A DNA stretch of 64,000 nucleotides from Raillietiella orientalis (lineage: Eukaryota), in NCBI GenBank assembly GCA_036172245.1, contig JAYWIR010000003.1, forward strand, positions 7,068,001-7,132,000. The letters are read 5' to 3'. The first letter of the stretch is position 1; the number at the start of each line of letters is the position of its first letter. Below the pieces are notes generated by a model. That model did no database searches. It saw only the letters and a list, made by a program, of their open reading frames with translations, and had not been told where the DNA came from. This document shows, piece after piece, positions 60,501 through 64,000 of this stretch. Made by a program: the position numbers and the translations under genes.

Positions 60501-62479
60501 CGCCGTGTCGTCATGAACCCCCCCCTACCGGTTTCCTATTCGCTGCACAGGGCGCAGCGGAGCGGTCGAAAAGAGAGGCAGCACACGGCCCTCGGCGCGC
60601 AGGGGTCCGAAAGAATCCCCAGGAAAATGAATTTCCATTCTCCCATTTTTCAGCCTTCGACAGAGGCGAGCGCAGGAAGAGGGGACCTCTCGCCCCCGGA
60701 GATGCTGCTCCCAGAAGAGGAAAGGGGGAAAAGGAGGGGAAAAAAGTGCTCCCCAAACCTCTCGTCCCACGATGATGGCTAGCGCAGATGTTCGCAACCT
60801 AGGAAGAGCCTTGTAGGGATCAAGCACTCCTGCCCAGCGGAGCGGGAAGAGGCACTACTGCGCTGAGGCTCCTACGTTTCTCGCTGCATCTCCGACGCTC
60901 GGAGCATCCCGAGCGCCGCCCGGAAAGATTTACGAGGGACTCGGGGCTCGAGTTACAGAAAGCATCTTGTTTTGCAGCGCCTGACATAAAACGCACGCAT
61001 CCAGTGAAAGTTGCGGAGTGCCCCCTCCTCTTGCTGTTCCTTCCCCGCTCCTCGCAACCTCGTCCGTCCAGCTCCGGGTACCCGCCGGTGGCAACCAGTG
61101 AGGGGGCCGGTCTCGGAGGCTTGGTAGCTGCCGAGTGGCTTCCCCAGATGCGGCGCGAAACCTCGCGCACGCACGAACGCACCCCGCCGGCTCCTCACGA
61201 GCGACGCCCCTCCCCCGTCCATTCGCGCCACGGCCGCGTTGGGCACCGCGGGGAGAACGGACCACTGCAAGGCGACGTGGTCCTCCTCTCAGGAGTGCCT
61301 CTCCCCATAGGCGTGCTACTACCGGACCGTTTTCTTGCAAGAAAAGGGTGGGGAGCGGCGAGGCGAACGCCGGGCTTCGCCTGCCGTGGCTCCCGTGGGA
61401 TGAACATCTCAGCGGGCGACACATGAGAGTGAGTGAGGCTCGACCTAAGCACATCAATGAAAAAACAACACAAGGGACGCGGTTGCTCCTCCCTAACACC
61501 CCCGTAGGGGCGACGAGGTCCTTGGTTCCTGCGTTTCGCCCTGGGGACACGTCCGGCTCTTCCTCTCTAGGTCGGGGAAACCATTCACTTATGCAAAGCA
61601 GTGAAGTGGCTTCTGCAGGAATCTTGGAGATGAAAGAGGGCGTTGCTGTGAGACGCGCAGCTAGGTCCTCTCTAAAGGCAGGATCTCGAGTGCCGAACGG
61701 GGAAAAAAGATGATTGAGTGATGGCGGGAGGGATGGTAGGAAGGTGTCCGAGCTTCAGCCCTTCTGGTCCTCAGCCCTTACACAATGCGAATGATAAAAT
61801 TTCTCAGCTCTGGAGTCAGGAGAGACTGCGTAAGCTCTCTGCACAACATGGAGATGGTTAGGAGAGGGTTGGGCTCCTCCACAGCTGCTACTGGGCGTAG
61901 CAACTTCTCAACAACGAGCTGCCTCTTGTGATGCCAAGAGACCTGTGCAGCACAAGAGGAATGATGCTTCTTACATCAGTCAGCAAGGGGCATCCGAGAC
62001 AAAGGAAATCCTCCTAGGTTTCCTTGCGGAAGAGGAAGTTGGACTTCTTTGGAAGAACTTCAGTCCGATCGAAAGGTTCCAACGCAGACCAGCAGCACTG
62101 CACGGGAAACTCCAGTGCTGGAAGTGCGTGTCACCTGCTGGGGGCACACAGAGCTGCCCAGACACATCGGGAGACTGCCAGCTTCCTATTGAAGAACGTC
62201 CAGCAGATCCGGGTAACTCCCGCCTTTCTACAGGTGGTCAGCCGGGCTGCCAACCATTCTCAGAGAGGGGCGTCGCTCCCGCGATGCTGCAGGGCAACTC
62301 TTGCCCTGCTGGTCATCATCTAGAGGATGCCTAACACTGCATTATAGTGGCGCGGAGGAATTCTCTAGGTCCAGCATTACCCCACCGAGAGAGACCCTCA
62401 CGAAAGGGCACGTAGGACGCAACAATTACGGACGGACACCGCGTCGTCCGTGCCCGAGGTGTCGACCCCTTCTCCGTGC

Positions 62480-64000
62480 TAATTGCTGAACTCCCTGGCA
62501 ACAGCACGACACCTGCAGGTCTCCTTCTTGCAGAGAGGCCATCCCCCTCTGTGCCAAATTCGTCTTGTGGCGGCTACGGAGCGGACGGGATGCCAACCCT
62601 CCACAGCCGACCGAGAGCCTGAGGCCCTCGAGACGAGACACCGTGAGCAAGGGCAGGAATGCTCCATTCCCATGCCTCCTGAGGGAGTCGTGATAAATTT
62701 GAGCTCCTGAAGTCCGCCTCTCTCGGCGACGCGATCCTCGAAGCATCCTGTGCACGCAGCATCAGCGTGCAGCTTCAGGAAGTGCTCGGGCGTCCCGGAG
62801 TCCGACGCCGCTTGCGAGCCCTTCGCCAATGCCTCCGAGAGAGCGGAGAAGAAAAGAGGAAAGCAGGGGACAACTGCCAGCCTCTCCTGCAAGACGAGCT
62901 CTTCCTCAAGCCGCTCCCTTGACCTCTTCAAGACAGTGGGTCCGCGCTCGTCTATTTTGAGTGCTTCCGCCCTTCTCTTGCAGATGCGCCGAAAGCACCC
63001 GTCCATGAGAATCCAGCATCGGAAGAGAAGGGCAGAAGGATGCATCCCGAGACTCGCAGCGCTGCTTCTGCCGTGGCGCCCAACCGAGACTGGGCGACCC
63101 GTAGGTCCCACCCTCGGTAGCGGTGAAGACCAGTCGGATCCCGACGAAGAGGATTCAGCCCTCCGGCTCCCCTCCCGCGGGTGGTCAAACCGGCAGGAGG
63201 GCCCCTTGTAAACCACACGATCTCCCTGCTGCGGAAGCACGCGTAGACTCCATGCTGATAGATGAATTATAGGTCAGGAGGAAGGAAAATGCTGGGTACC
63301 TGGATACTCTTTCCCCGCAGACCAACCACGAGCTGCTCCTTTCCGTCTAAAGCCTCGGGTTCGTCGTGTCCCTTATGGGAGCCTCGGGATAGCTTCTGCA
63401 AGGGACACGAGGGAACCCCCGGGAAGTGGATACTTGCCACCGCCATGCTCCTAGCGCTGTCCTTGCTATAAGACCTATCTGGCTTGGAGGGAGGGTTCTT
63501 GAAGGATCGAGGATCCCGGAAGCCGGCCCGAAAGCTCCTGGACGCCACCACACTAGGTGTTGGCGCCCAGGGACTGCACCGGTGGATAGGCAATCTCGAC
63601 ATTCCCCTGAATGGGACAGAATGGGTCTCCAGCATCGTCCTGAACGATTCGATGTTTTCTCGCCGGTGGTGGCAACAGACGACGACACTTTCAGCGCGGC
63701 AATGGAACTTCCCGAGACGCCAGCGATATCGGAGGAGGGGGGAAGCGTCTTCTTGAACTGTGTTAGGTGGACAAGGCGTTCGGATCGCTCTCGCGCCGGA
63801 TTCTAGAGGCAGGTACGTCCGTGGCGGATGCCAACGAATGGAGGCATCCCTCGTGCACCAGGAGCGTCCCCTTCCTTTCTTTCTTTCCTCCGGCAGAATC
63901 TGTGGAAGTCCTTGACCCCACAGGGACGCTCTCAAACCCCACCGCCAACACTGACGATGCTTTGGTGCGTGCGTGCAGCAGTCGTGAGTAGGAGGAAGAT
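62480..64000 (-). mobile_element. Degenerate ORF1-like element
   Basis: Long interrupted ORFs with IQVPSIF..YAC. Segment 62939-62585 recurs inverted at 55262-55608. Confidence 0.45.

Overview
This is eukaryotic DNA, probably animal, with no intact protein-coding gene, operon, CRISPR array or rRNA that I can support. Most of the window is a patchwork of decayed non-LTR retrotransposon (LINE) fragments on both strands. They are recognisable by residual motifs read across frameshifts: APE endonuclease (GDxN, NxYA), reverse transcriptase (KAFD, RQG..P.LF, YxDD, YLG), post-RT P..GG, the C-terminal CCHC zinc finger and ORF1 zinc knuckles. One L1/Tx1-like family occurs repeatedly and has a shared 3' end that stops at AATAAAC(G) without a poly(A) tail. 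Three decayed host-gene fragments are embedded: the C-terminus of ATP-citrate lyase, a MAGI-type PDZ region and an ARHGAP20-like region. There are also two tRNA-like SINE heads, a minisatellite and low-complexity tracts. The most unusual observation is that the ARHGAP20-like fragment has two exon-like blocks in reversed order, joined in frame at a CAG|GTG junction behind an intact intron 3' end. This fits a retro-copied exon-intron circular RNA but is unproven. All family assignments come from manual motif reading and recalled sequences, not database searches, and element boundaries are approximate.
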